A DNA stretch of 64,000 bases from the human T2T-CHM13v2.0 reference genome, Homo sapiens, in NCBI RefSeq assembly GCF_009914755.1, contig NC_060928.1, one strand, 5' to 3'. Positions within the stretch are counted from its first letter, which is position 1. The number at the start of each line of letters is the position of its first letter. The position numbers and the translations under genes were made by a program. Below are positions 1 to 14,305 of this stretch, piece by piece. The notes beneath the pieces were generated by a model, which was not told the DNA's origin, searched no databases, and saw only the letters and a program-made list of their open reading frames with translations.

Positions 1-293
1 TCTTGTTCTGTCACCCAGGCTGGAATGCAGTGGTGTGACCATAGCTCACTGTAGGCTTAAAATCCTGGGCTCAAGTGATCCTCCCATCTTGGCCTCTGGA
101 GTAGTCAGGACTACAGGTGTGCGCCACCATGTGCAGCTAGTTTTCTTTAATGTTTTGTAGAGGCAGGGGTTTTGATATATTGCCCAGGTTGGTCTCAAAT
201 TCCTGGCTTCAAGTGATCCTCCTGCCTAGGCCTCCCAAAGTGCTGAGATTACAGGTGTGAGCCAATGTACTGATCTTTTTTTTTTTTTTTTTT

Positions 294-1020
294 AGCTTTT
301 TGACTCTTTTGTAGTAACACTTAGCTTAAAACACATTTTGTGTACAGCTGTACACAAAATGGTTTCTTTCCTTATATCCTTATTCTACTAGCTTCTTCCT
401 ATTAAAAATTTTTTTGGCTGCATGTGGTGGCTCACACCTGTAATCCCAATATTTTGTGGGGCTGAGGCAGGTAGGTTTCTTCAGCTCAGGAGTTCCAGAC
501 CAGCTTGGACAACATGGAGAAACCCTGTCTCTACAAAAAATAAAAAATTAGCTGGGCATGGTGGCATGTGCCTATAGTCCCAGCTACTCAGGAGATTGAA
601 GGGAGAGGATCACGTGAACCCAGGAGGCTGAGGATGCAGTGGGCCATGATAACATCACTGAACTCCAGTCTGGGTGACAGAGCAAAACCCTGTTTAAAAA
701 AAAAAAAAGAAAGTTTTAAAACTTTTTTTTGTGCAAAACTAAGATACAACCACATACAATAGCCTAGGCCTACGCCAGGTCAGGATCACCAAGATGTCAC
801 TAGGTGATAGGAATCCTTCAGTTCCGTTATAATCTTTTTTTTTTTTTAATGCTTTAAGTTATGGGATACATGTGCACAATGTGCAGGTTTGTTACACAGG
901 TATACATGTGTCATGGTAGTTTGCTACACCCATCACCCTGAGTTCTGTTATAATATTATGGGACTCCCAAAATACATGTGGTCTTATCTTTGGCCAAAAT
1001 GTTGTCATGCAGTATACCAT
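294..1020 (+). mobile_element. Tigger3-family (TcMar) DNA transposon remnant interrupted by an Alu (416-710) and a short L1 3' end (836-940)
   Basis: TAACACTTAGCTTAAAACAC, TAGCCTAGGCCTAC...GGTCAGGATCA and GTCACTAGGTGATAGGAAT motifs. Confidence 0.75.
836..940 (-). mobile_element. ~105-bp 5'-truncated L1PA 3' end with TSD
   Basis: Poly-T followed by CTTTAAGTTATGGGATACATGTGCACAATGTGCAGGTTTGTTAC. Direct repeats AGTTCCGTTATAATCT (820-835) and AGTTCTGTTATAATAT (941-956). Confidence 0.85.
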
Positions 1021-1299
1021 TTTAGATACATCAAGAATCTTTTGCCTGGGTGTGTGGCTCATGCCTGTAACCCCAGCACTTTGGGAGGCCGAGGTGGGTG
1101 GATCACCTGAGGTAAGGAGTTCAAGATCAGCCTGGCCAACATGGTGAAAACCTACCTCTACTAATAATACAAAAAATTAGCCAGATGTGATGGCTCATGC
1201 CTGTAATCTCAGCTACTCGGAAGGCTGAGGCACAAGAATCGTCTGAACCCAGGAGGTGGAGGTTGCAGTGAGGTGAGATAATCACTTGAAGGAGTTTGA

Positions 1300-1566
<267 letters not shown>

Positions 1567-1965
1567 TGATCCACACGCCTTGGACTCCCAAGGTGCTGGG
1601 ATTACAGGTGTGAGCCAATGTGCATGGCCTCCAAAAAATTTAAAAACTTAGCTGGGTGTGGATGCGTGTGCCAATAGTTCTAGCTATTCAGAAGGCTGGG
1701 GTATAGGATCACATGAGCACAGGACTTTAACGCTGTAGTGAACTATGATTGTGCCACTGAACTCCAGCCTGGGTGACAAAAGCAAGACTATCTCAGGAAA
1801 AAAAAAAAAAAAGCTGAATAAATGAATGCATAAGTTTTCCCTCCTGATAGCTTTAAGAATATTGGTTTTAAATGAGTTCAAGAGAAGAATGAAGACAAAA
1901 GTCTAGATAGGAATTTACTTTATCTGTAAATGAAACCAGATATATGGCAATGTTACTACTACTAA

Positions 1966-1971
1966 TTTATT
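1966..1971 (-). terminator. Candidate intronic polyadenylation signal AATAAA for the short isoform (ATTAAA also at 2256-2261)
   Basis: TTTATT on + is AATAAA on -, about 315 nt downstream of the read-through stop. The AT-rich context makes a chance match possible. Confidence 0.4.
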
Positions 1972-2286
1972 GACGATTATTTCCATTCTAATACATGAAA
2001 GAAGAAAATGCACATGTACACAAGCATTCAGAAAATACTTATCATTACTCAATGAATGTCTACTAAGTTCAAAGTACTTTATCTTGTAAAATTCCTAAGA
2101 CCAATCTCCCTGGCTTAGTTCTTTAGTTATTTTCCTGGAATGTGGCTGAGAGTGAATGGTAAATAGAGAATTAACTTGACAATAGATATACTCCAAAGTA
2201 ATTCAGAGCTCACAATATTGTTACATTTACACAAATCACTGTATGTAAAACAGGCTTTAATAAAATACATATTTCTGTAAGTAAAG

Positions 2287-2319
2287 CTAGAGAAAAAGTG
2301 TGAAGTATGATTTACTAAC
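2287..2319 (-). CDS. PDS5A: Intronic read-through extension of exon 16 ([10 protein letters not shown]), C-terminus of a short ~600-aa PDS5A isoform
   Basis: GTT AGT AAA TCA TAC TTC ACA CTT TTT CTC TAG follows exon 16 in frame, giving 590+10 = 600 aa. This matches the short isoform as I recall it. Confidence 0.75.
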   Translation of the reverse strand, partial: VSKSYFTLFL

Positions 2320-2459
2320 CACACAAATATCTGCTTGTTTGCAAGAACAGGTTGGGCTAATTAATAACTCCAACTGAGACCGAAGTTTCTCATCATCGCC
2401 GAGAACCTGGTTAAATTTCTTCACAAAATCTTGTGCTTTCCCGGGGTCAGGCAAATTCT
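2320..2459 (-). CDS. PDS5A: PDS5A exon 16, 140 nt, (K)[46 protein letters not shown]
   Basis: Manual translation. TTTTATAG acceptor, GTTAGT donor, phase 1-0. The gene continues below position 1. Confidence 0.97.
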
Positions 2460-2707
2460 CTATAAAATTAAAAGAGAATCAATATTAGAGAAGGAAAAAA
2501 AAAAAACTATTCTACTAAGCTAAAAACAGGTGCCATCAAAATATTGCGGAGCCACTAAAAGAAAATCAGCCTAGCTGGTTCTTAGAAACAAAATTAAGAT
2601 AAAGATTATTTTCTTTTACTTAACATTAAATCAGTAGTCCCACTGGGTAAATACTTTGTCTGCATTTACGTTTACTACATGTTTAGTGAGTAAATAAACA
2701 TACTCAC

Positions 2708-2756
2708 TTGCTATGGTCATCAGTTTTCCAAACATGGCAGAACAGTTAGCCTCTGA
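2708..2756 (-). CDS. PDS5A: PDS5A exon 15, 49 nt, SEANCSAMFGKLMTIA(K)
   Basis: Manual translation. TTTCAG acceptor, GTGAGT donor, phase 0-1. Confidence 0.96.
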
Positions 2757-3307
2757 CTGAAATTTAAAACAGAAACAAAAGAACAACTAGTCATATGTGT
2801 TAACAAATTTCCCTAACAAAAATCAATACTCATTACTGTACATTTTTCATGACGTTAAAAAATAAAGTTCATCACAGTCTGCTCAATGGAAAATGGTTTT
2901 ACCACATATATACGCTAAACTAACAACAAAGAATTACATAGTAGCAACTATTAAGACAAATAGAAGGAAAGGAGATGTTGGGAGGAAGGTACTTAAAAAC
3001 CCACAAGTATATAACTTTCACAGGAAAGTTACATTGCCAGAAGATTGAAAAAAGATCAATGAAGCAATCAACATATAAACTTATCATATCAGAATTACTA
3101 TGAAACTACATGCCACAAAAAATTAACTAAAAATATAGAGAAGAAACTTTTTTTTCTGCAATAGAGTTCTGTTAGCTACTTTGTGGCCCGTTACTTAAAT
3201 ACCTTCAGGAAAACCTCCTTTCTAAAACGTACTTCCCTTTCCTGTATCCCATAAAACATTACTTATTAGTTTTAATTTATACTAAATTTGAATAATTTAG
3301 TTCAAAA

Positions 3308-3778
3308 GTTAGAAAACTATGCCCCCATGAGCTACCTGTTTTTGTTAGTAGTTTCGATGGAATATAGTCATGTCCATTCATTTATTTATCGTGTATGACT
3401 AATTTTGCAAAGGCAGGGTTGAATATCTGACCACAGACTCTATGCCTTGCAAAATATGTTTTTGCTATCTGTTGATTTATTTTCAAAGTTTGCTAGGCTA
3501 GGTGCAGTATCTCACACCTGTAATCCTAGCAATTTGGGAGGCCTAGGCAGGCAGACTGCATGAGCCCAAGATTTTGAGACCAGCCTGGGAAACATGGTGA
3601 AAACTCACCTCTACAAAAAACATACAAAACCTAGCTGGGTATGGTGGAGCACACCCGTAGTCCCAGCTATTCAGAAGGCTGAGGTGGGAGGATCACCTCA
3701 GCCCAGTGACATCGAGGCTGCAGTGAGCTGTGATCATGCCACTATGCGACAGCCTGGGCAACAGAGTAAGATCCTGTG

Positions 3779-3814
<36 letters not shown>

Positions 3815-3826
3815 GCCCGCCCCTGT
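3308..3826 (-). mobile_element. Diverged MER58-like MITE interrupted by an AluJ (3496-3810, TSD AAAGTTTGC)
   Basis: AAAACTATG...GGAATATAGTCATGTCCATTCATTT and terminal AAAGTTTGCCCGCCCCTG. Confidence 0.6.
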
Positions 3827-4356
3827 TCCAGCATCCATGTGTCCTTGAGGGGTCTGTTTATATGGTCCCCTGGTTAAGAACACCTATTCTAGTGAACACA
3901 CGTAAAAATGTAAAGTTTTTTTCCCCAACCTTGCAAAAATTTAATGGCATTTCTTTTTTAGTTTGCCATTGGCATATTTATAGGATTGATATCTGATATT
4001 CACTCTACACTGAGAGACCATGAATCATGCAGTGAAAAAGAAATATGATGTTTAATGTAATTTTATCTCAAAATTTAATTCTAATTATTTGAAAATTGAT
4101 TAACTATAAACTCTTAGTGTCTGAAAACTTTATATAAACTAGAAAACACCATTTCTTTGCTCACACTAGAAAATAAGAGTTTGTTATATTTATTTTAAAT
4201 GGAAATTTAGCTTGGACAACTACAGAAATTATATTTAACTGACATTTGGAAAATAAAACAACTGAGATACTTTTTCCCTGCTTCATTACGTAGAACTACA
4301 GAAAATCTGAACAGTGACTATAATAAACTATGAATTTAAACAAATCATGAACCTAC

Positions 4357-4438
4357 TGTAGGCTGCTTGTGCAAATCCAATAGTTCGCGTACATGGCTCC
4401 GAAGCATGTTCTGACACTTCCACATTTCGTTGAGAGCT
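4357..4438 (-). CDS. PDS5A: PDS5A exon 14, 82 nt, (K)[27 protein letters not shown]
   Basis: Manual translation. CTTTACAG acceptor, GTAGGT donor, phase 2-0. Confidence 0.97.
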
Positions 4439-5175
4439 CTGTAAAGTTATGAATATGAAAACACACATTACATAACAATACTGGAAATTATTCAGCTTTA
4501 CAACCTTTCTTGTTGCATGCTGTATATACACCATTCTTCTACATCTACCTAAAAGTTTAAATACCGGGAAATATATTTATTAGGATTTAAAACAATTTAG
4601 TACAAATGGTAAATATAAGCCTTCTTATGAGAGAAAATATTTGAGAGGTTTAGAAAGATTAATAAGTAATACAGGGATTGAAAGATGTACTAAATACAGG
4701 TAGCTAGAAAGTTTTGGTACAAGGAAAGAAAATCTCAAAGTGCAAGGGACATAAAACAAACTGAAAAACATGTATACGCTTGGAGCACAAGGCATGTGTG
4801 TGGAGCATAAGGAAGCTGGAGCATTCCACAGACACAGATCAAATCATGAAGGCCTTATTAAAAAGGCTAAGGCATATACATGAAGCACTATAGACTATTT
4901 TGAAAAATGAAGTATCAAAAATGATGCAGATTCAAGATGCCAAATTTACATTATTGTGTTTATTCTAAACTTTTCTCTCTCCAGGAACACAGATTTTCTT
5001 CTCTCAGAAATCCCATCCATATTTCCAGGTGCCCAGATGACCTCTGAGAATTACTAATCTCTAAACACTCTTTGTCAGATATTTTGAAATGTAAACAAAC
5101 ATCAAAACCTTAAGCAAGGAAAGGGATTAGTAACCATGATACAACACTATCGTAATAGAATTTCTGCCAAAATGA

Positions 5176-5519
<344 letters not shown>

Positions 5520-5794
5520 TAATAATGCAGGAACACTTGAAGAAGCCACAATGGCAAACAGTCAAATTCCTAACTCAAAATTCTCTCTCTTTTTTAAGAC
5601 AGAATCTCACTACATTGCCCAGGATGGTCAAGCTTCTAGGCTGAAAAGATCCTTCCATCTTCAGATCAGAATTCTTAATGACATCACTCATTTACTTTGT
5701 GTATTTTTGACAAAAATTACATATACGATGGTGTACAACATAATATATGTATATATTGTAACATTTACTTTAAAAAAAAAATCTATTAAAGTGA

Positions 5795-5918
5795 AATGAC
5801 CACACATCCTGGTTGGCCTGGGACAGTTTGATTATGCTATTTAAGTAAAAATATCAATAGTGATCCCTTTCAGTCTGAAAATAATCCAGTTGGACCATTA
5901 ATCATATGGCCATCTTAC
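5795..5918. mobile_element. hAT-Blackjack MITE (MER94/MER81-like)
   Basis: TGACCACACATCCTGGTTGGCCTGGGACAG...CCCTTTCAGTCTGAAA...ATATGGCCATCTTA with degenerate TIRs. Confidence 0.55.
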
Positions 5919-6277
5919 ACAGAGAAGATCTGAATATGTTCACCCAACAAAGAATCAGTATTCAGTTATTAGGCTTAATATTTAGTCTGGAAGGATAAAG
6001 CACCAGTAGTTTTAGACACTAGCCACAGGTATTTTGACGTGGTCATTTATTTGAACACCTGAAACCATCCTACTACTGACCTGGCTGCCAAACAAGCCTA
6101 CACATATAAGAATAACCTGAACATAAATCGTAACATTTTGTCTATAAATATTTACCTGAGGTTCTTGATTCAACTATAGAAGCAGCAACAATCCAATCAA
6201 TAACAACTAATTAGATAAGATGAAGTAATTTTACGAAATCCTTAGAAAATACAGCAGTTATTTGAAAAGTAACTTAC

Positions 6278-6391
6278 TTTACAGCATTTGGATCCAAACT
6301 AGCATATAAGTAATATAAGCATTTCATTCTCTCTTCTGTTTCCAGGTTGTGGGGGACAAGATACTGAGCAAAGATTTTCTCTACCAACAGT
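6278..6391 (-). CDS. PDS5A: PDS5A exon 13, 114 nt, (K)[37 protein letters not shown](K)
   Basis: Manual translation. TTTCCTAG acceptor, GTAAGT donor, phase 2-2. Confidence 0.97.
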
Positions 6392-7509
6392 CTAGGAAAT
6401 AACAACAACAAAAAAAACCTAAGTGACACAATTATTCCATTTTTAAGAAGCAATTTTTTTTTTTTTTTTTGGAGACAGGGTCTTGCTCTGTCACCCAGGC
6501 TGGAGTACAGTGGTGCAAACTCGGCTCAATGCAACCTCTGTCTCGCAGGTTCAAGCGATTCTCCCACCTCAGCCTCTCCAGTAGCTAGGACTACAGGCGC
6601 GTGCCACCATGCCCAGCTAATTTTTATATTTTTTGTAGAGACAAGGTGTCCCTATGTTGCCAAGGCTGATCTGGAACTCCTGAGCTCAGGCAATCCGCCT
6701 GCCTTAGCGTCCTGAAGTGCTGGGATTACGACGGGCATGAGGCACCACACCCAGCCAACATTTTAAGTTTTAACCATCTTATGCCAGGATACCATATCAA
6801 GATAATAGCTATGTGTGCACATACAATGGAAGATATCAGTTTATAATGACTTCCTTCTTGGAAAGCTTTCAGTACAGTTTAACTTTAGAGACACGGTTAC
6901 TGTCTGTGGCTTTATAATTTGTCAGTATGAAACATTTGTTCTAGAAGGTTTAAATGTTATTCCTAAACACAGGGTGCTAGGCTGTTCCGCCTATTCTTCT
7001 TCAGCAGTCTAGAACAAAAGCAAATTCATTAACGCAACATATAAAGCTATGATCCGCGGTAGAGCTAATTCTCAAGAAACTCATTAATTTCCTCTGATTA
7101 CAGTTCAGCCCATTTTCCATGTTGTCACATAGTTAAAAACAGGGGGACCCCCCTTCATATTACTTCCAGAAAATGTAGTTTTTCCTGTGTACATCTGATT
7201 ATTGTTCTCTCCATGATCTAAATTCCTTACCAATATTGGAATATCCTTCTTGCTAGTACCTATTGCTTGTATCTTCTTGCTTCTATTATTTAATATCACT
7301 GGATTAAGAATATACAAGATCTCTTAATTAACAAATGAAATACATATCCAGTGATGCCAGAGAAGTTAGTTTAATTAAACAAAACAATGGAAACTATTCT
7401 GCACACACCAAGTATCATTTGTACGATCCAATATAGAATTATAAGTAATATTCAGAAAATGAAAACAACTTAGTAATTCCTCTATTGGTAGTGGTGTAAA
7501 AAGGAAAGT

Positions 7510-7735
7510 AACTAGCAGTTAACTCAATAGTGCTCTCTTGCCACACATTGGGCTAGGATGCTTTATATTCATTATTTTATTTAATCTACATGATAATCCT
7601 GTGGGAAAGGCACTATTATTTTTCCTTTTTATATAAAACTGAAGCGCACAAGACGTTAATGAACCTATGTAAGAATACACATCTAATAAAGGGCAGAGTG
7701 AACATTTGGTCTCTAACTCCAAAGTCCATGCCTAT
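7510..7735 (-). mobile_element. MIR SINE
   Basis: TTTAATCTACATGATAATCCTGTGGG...CTATTATT...AAACTGAAGC...CTCTAACTCCAAAGTCCATG core. A similar MIR lies at ~48935-49110. Confidence 0.7.
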
Positions 7736-7970
7736 TTCATATTATAAGGCTACCTTATAATCGTGGACAGTCTTGTTTAAACACAGTACATAAAAATATG
7801 TAAAAAGTTATCTCTAAACTTAGAAATAAATGATTAATCAAGTTGAATAAACTTAATTTTATTTATGAAGTAAATACATAAAAATAAGAAATTACTAAAA
7901 TATTAAATAGACATTTTTTAAGTAAAAAGTAGTTTTACACTCAACCATTCTACCAACATATTAAACTCAC

Positions 7971-8122
7971 TTGTCGTCAATGCTGTTCTGATAATAAATA
8001 TGCAGAAGTTTGTCCTTTATCCAGCTGACTTTCTCTGCAGCTTCCTTTCCTGCTTCACCATGAAGACAGTATTTCTTATAAAGCTGAGCCAGACCCATCA
8101 TAGCTTCTTTTCTTACTCGCCA
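7971..8122 (-). CDS. PDS5A: PDS5A exon 12, 152 nt, [50 protein letters not shown](K)
   Basis: Manual translation. CTTTTTAG acceptor, GTGAGT donor, phase 0-2. Confidence 0.97.
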
Positions 8123-8231
8123 CTAAAAAGCATAAAATTTATTAGATGAGCAAGATAACAAAACTCTGTACTAATCTCCAAAGACTGCCTTGGCTTCATT
8201 AGGTTGTACAGTCTTATGTGTGCCTTTATAA

Positions 8232-8562
<331 letters not shown>

Positions 8563-9149
8563 TACAAACAATTTTGAATCTGTTCCTATTTAGAAATTTT
8601 CCAATGCAAATATTGCTAAATGATCTACTTTTTTCTTTTTAAAGAAATGGGGTTTCGTTACGTTGCCTAGGCTGGTCTCAAATTTCTGGGCTAAAGTGAT
8701 CCTCCTGCCTTAGCATCCTGAGTACCTAGAACTACAGGTTACTGATTTTTTATTTCCCTTGAAAACTATTAATAACCTTATGGGAGAGTTCATTTGATTC
8801 TATTGAAAGAAAATTCACCAAGTTTTAGAAGTGATTATAATTCCCCTTGCAAACAAAACCCCTATTATCTGGAATGTTTTAATTGCCAGTTACATCCCTT
8901 TAGATGTTAACTTCGGATAAGAACAAAGTTCACTATCAAGAATTCTGGGCCAGGCATGGTGGCTCATGCCTGTAATCCCAGCACTGTGGGAGGCCAAGGC
9001 AGGTGCATCGCTTGAGCTCAGGACTTGGGGAACTGACTACCCAGTGAATCTAAAATCCTAGTAAATCTAAAATTGTAGTGAATCTAGGAGTTGAGCTGGC
9101 TGACTAACCAGTGAATCTAAAAATATGCTCACAAGCTGACAAAACCTGC

Positions 9150-10020
<871 letters not shown>

Positions 10021-10026
10021 GGCTCA

Positions 10027-10341
<315 letters not shown>

Positions 10342-11480
10342 TTACGTTGCAAACCTAAAAGGCAAACGATTTAGCTAGTTGGCAGAAGATTCTTTGGGAC
10401 TTTTAGAGGTTGGGAAGGTTTAATAGGGTAGGAAAGAAAAGTTGTAAGAGAAGAGACAGGAAAGGAGACCATAAAAACTTAGAATGAGGATCATCATAAG
10501 ATGTAAGAAAAATAATAGTAAAAAAAAATCTGTGTATTAAAAAAAAAAAAGCAGCAGCAGCAGCAGCTGAGTGTGATGGTGGGAGCCTGTAGTACCAGCT
10601 ATTCAGGAGAATGAAGCAAGAGGATCACTTGAATCCAAGAGTTCAAGTTCAGCCTGGGTAACATAGTAACACACCACCTCTAAAAAAGAGGGGTGGGTGG
10701 GAGTATATTATCTTTGGTGTATTTAAGTCAATACTTCTTTATAAATTTTTTTGTATCATTTTCTCATTTTTTAGGCCCCTTATTAGATGGAATAAAACTT
10801 TGTTCCTATATAACAGGTTAGCAAAAGCCTTTTGAGATTTCTTACATAAAATAAAATAAAAAAAAAAAAAAAACAAGCAATAAAATCTTAAGATGAAATC
10901 CTGTTCCCAAATTTCTAGAGGCTATAACCAAGGACATCTAACTTATTAAACCAAAATATGGGTCAGAAAATATCCAGTAGGTGTTACTGTTACCACACCA
11001 TACAGTTTCAGTTAGGAAGATTCATTTATTCAACTTTCTGAAACTATGAAAAAACTGTAATAGTAGTGAAACTTTTTAAATGGGGGAAGGGAGGAATGCC
11101 AAATAACCACTAGGGAGAGAGTCATTTCATTTAAATTAAAGCCAAGGGAAAAAAATCTTCAAAGTTAAAATTACTAACACTGTTGAACAACTTAAAAGGT
11201 ATCTGCCTTTTTTTAAACATCTGGCTCCTGTGACAATTTTAAAAGTAAAAACTTAAAGAATACCTCTTTCTATATTTTAAAACCCAAACCAATTACTATT
11301 CTACCCTGAAATTATAATACTCATTTGCAGACGAAAGTAATTTTCAACTACACCTCAAATAAAATAATAGCATGTTGCAAGGTAATCATGAAACATGCTA
11401 GAAATGTTAGGCCTAATCAGCCTGCCTTACACATCTGTTTCTTGTTTACACCTGACGCTATTCATTAGTTGTATTCTTAA

Positions 11481-11813
<333 letters not shown>

Positions 11814-12324
11814 CAATCCATTTTTTCAACTGCATCAAATGGAGAAAATCACAGGAAAAATAACTAAACATATAACCATCATTATTGTCCTTAGCTTGGC
11901 ACATCAATATGTAAACGTCACTTTCTTAGGAAGTAAAGTTCAATGAATGGCAGACCCAGCTAAGTTATTCAAGAAAGTCATATGTGAAAATGTTAACTAT
12001 AAGAATAGACGATCAATCACTATTCTTTTGAAACTCATCATGTAAATAAAAAGGTAAAATTTTGATTAACTTAGTGGTTCTCTTATGAAGGTATGATAGA
12101 AAAGAAACCCATGCTTAAGATCTCAAAAGGTATAGAATCCATTGTATTTATTCATAAGGATAATTAAAAGATATGCAGGAAACATACAAATTAGGAGCTC
12201 TTTATCATTGTTATTAATTTGATTTTCACACAGAAAGACATTAAATGTAACAGAAAATGATACCCAATTGTATTTAGCAATTTAAACAGTAAATTACAGA
12301 AGAATAAAATGCCTCAGATTTTAC

Positions 12325-12470
12325 CCGTTTATCCAGTGTTCTTTCCCTTACAAAGCCAAGCAGCTGATCATTTACTAAGGCCAGGTCCCTCTTGGCAGCT
12401 GTTATTATAGTAACAATGACATCATGACGAATAGCTTCTTCTGGATCATGTGATCTAACCTTTAAATATT
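12325..12470 (-). CDS. PDS5A: PDS5A exon 11, 146 nt, (E)[48 protein letters not shown]
   Basis: Manual translation. CTTATTACAG acceptor, GTAAAA donor, phase 1-0. Confidence 0.97.
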
Positions 12471-12971
12471 CTGTAATAAGAGAAAAAAACTTAGGCTAAA
12501 TGTTAGCTATGTAATTTGTCATGATTTAGAATGGCAAGAACAGAAATATGTTAAGTTTTTGTCCATACTAAAGCAATGTTTGTAAAATATGGCATGAAAT
12601 TAAATCATGTTATTTTTACAGCAGCAGTACTCTACTGTAATCACAAAACTGCACTTTAAACTCCCAAGTTGGCCAGGTGTGATGGCCCACAACTGTAATA
12701 CCAGCACTTTGGGAGGCTGAGGCAGGCAGGCAGGTCGCACAAGCTCAAGAGTTCATACCAGCTTAGGCAACATGGCAAAACCCCGTCTCTACGAAAATTA
12801 CCAAATAAAAAAACTCATTAGCCAGAAGTGTAGTGGCCCGCCCCTGCAGTGCCAGCTACTTGGGAGGCTAAGGAGGGAGGATAACTTGAGCCCAGAGGTC
12901 AAGGCTGCAGTGAGCCAATATCAAGCCACTGCACTCCAGCCTGGGTAACAGAGTGACGCCCTGTATCAAAA

Positions 12972-13062
12972 AATAACATAACATAAAATAAAATAAAATA
13001 AATAAAATAAATAAAATAAAATAAAATAAAATAAAATAAAATAAAATAAAATAAAATAAAAT
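12972..13062 (+). repeat. (AATAA)n pentanucleotide microsatellite derived from an Alu tail
   Basis: Direct reading: AACAT/AAAAT units over ~90 bp following the AluJ at 12671-12968. Confidence 0.95.
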
Positions 13063-14210
13063 ACTTCACAGTTACATCTTTTTTTTAATTTTTATTTTTT
13101 GTTGTTGAAACAACAACAAAAACAGCCTGTCACCCAGGCTGGAGTGTAATAGAGCAATCTCGGTGCACTGCAACCTCCGCCGCCCAGGTTCAAGCAATTT
13201 TCGTACCTCAGCCTCCGATTAGCTTAGATTACAGGCATCTGCCACCATGCCTGGCTAATTTTTGTATTTTTAGTAGAGATGGGGTTTCACCATGTTGGCC
13301 AGGCTAGTCTTGACCTCCTGGCCTCAAGTGATGCACTGCCTTGGCCTCCCAATGTGCAGGGGATTACACGTGTGAGCCACCATGCCCATAGTTACATTTT
13401 AATAATGTATTTTCATCAGTTATCCTGGAAAAGTCAACTCACAATGCAGTATCTGATCTATGTCAGCTTGAATTTCAGTTACTAATTAAAAAGCTTAAAA
13501 GAAAAACAGTGAAAATGCTTATGGCAATTTAGCTGACAGGTATATACTTGCAAATTACACAATATAAAATCCAGAATATTTTATAATCTGTTCAAAAAAT
13601 TCTTAAATAATTTATAATACAAACTAAATCTAAACAAAAACATGTTGTTTCCCCTGTTCTTTTTGGTAAATAACAGCCTGCTGATAAAAACCACTTATGT
13701 GCTGCTACCAAAAAGGTAGATTTAAATGCTCTAGATTCAAAAGAATGAAAAATTCTAGTCTAGTGCAGAAGATAATCATGTTCCCACTTATTATTAAATG
13801 CCACTATATTTAATTAAATAGACATAATGATTTCTACCCAAATCCAATGTCTTAAGAAATACACTACTTCCTTAAATTATGATTTTCAAAAAATTTCAAA
13901 GGATTAAAATATGAAGATTTTAAGCTGGGCATTGTAGCACCCGCCTGTAATACTCGGGATCTCAAAGTGAGAGGTCACTTGAGCCCAGGAGTGAAAGCCT
14001 TTCTCTTAAAATAAACAAACAAACAAATAAAGAGATTTTAAATGTAATTTTATTACATGAACATGAAATCATTTCTTAGTGCACAACAAATGAAAACACG
14101 AGACCATACCAGAGTTAAAACCTACTTGGAAAGTGAAGTTAGGTCACAAGTCATATCTACAATATAGTTGTATGGTTATGCTAATATGTGTAATAAACCA
14201 GCTAGCTTAC

Positions 14211-14305
14211 CTGTGAGATCCTTCGCTAAATCTGGGTGATTCATTAAACAATGACTGGCAAATTTCACACTTTCTAATCTCACAGGAACATGAATATCAT
14301 TAAAT
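14211..14305 (-). CDS. PDS5A: PDS5A exon 10, 95 nt, (R)[31 protein letters not shown](E)
   Basis: Manual translation. TCTGTGTAG acceptor, GTAAGC donor, phase 2-1. Confidence 0.97.

Noticed and set aside
2458-2462. Tandem acceptor TAGAG at exon 16
   Set aside because: Use of the distal AG would shift the frame by 2 nt, and GAG acceptors are rarely used. No support from sequence alone.
7105-7317. 70-aa non-repeat ORF on the minus strand
   Set aside because: No recognisable homology and not in the PDS5A frame. Only the internal splice-site pair was kept as a candidate exon.
9033-9122. Short spaced repeats superficially resembling a CRISPR array
   Set aside because: Mammalian intron, irregular very short spacers and no cas genes. 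Better explained as a repair or slippage scar.
10551-10567. (GCA)n triplet run
   Set aside because: Only 5-6 units, intronic, at an Alu monomer boundary and far below unstable length.
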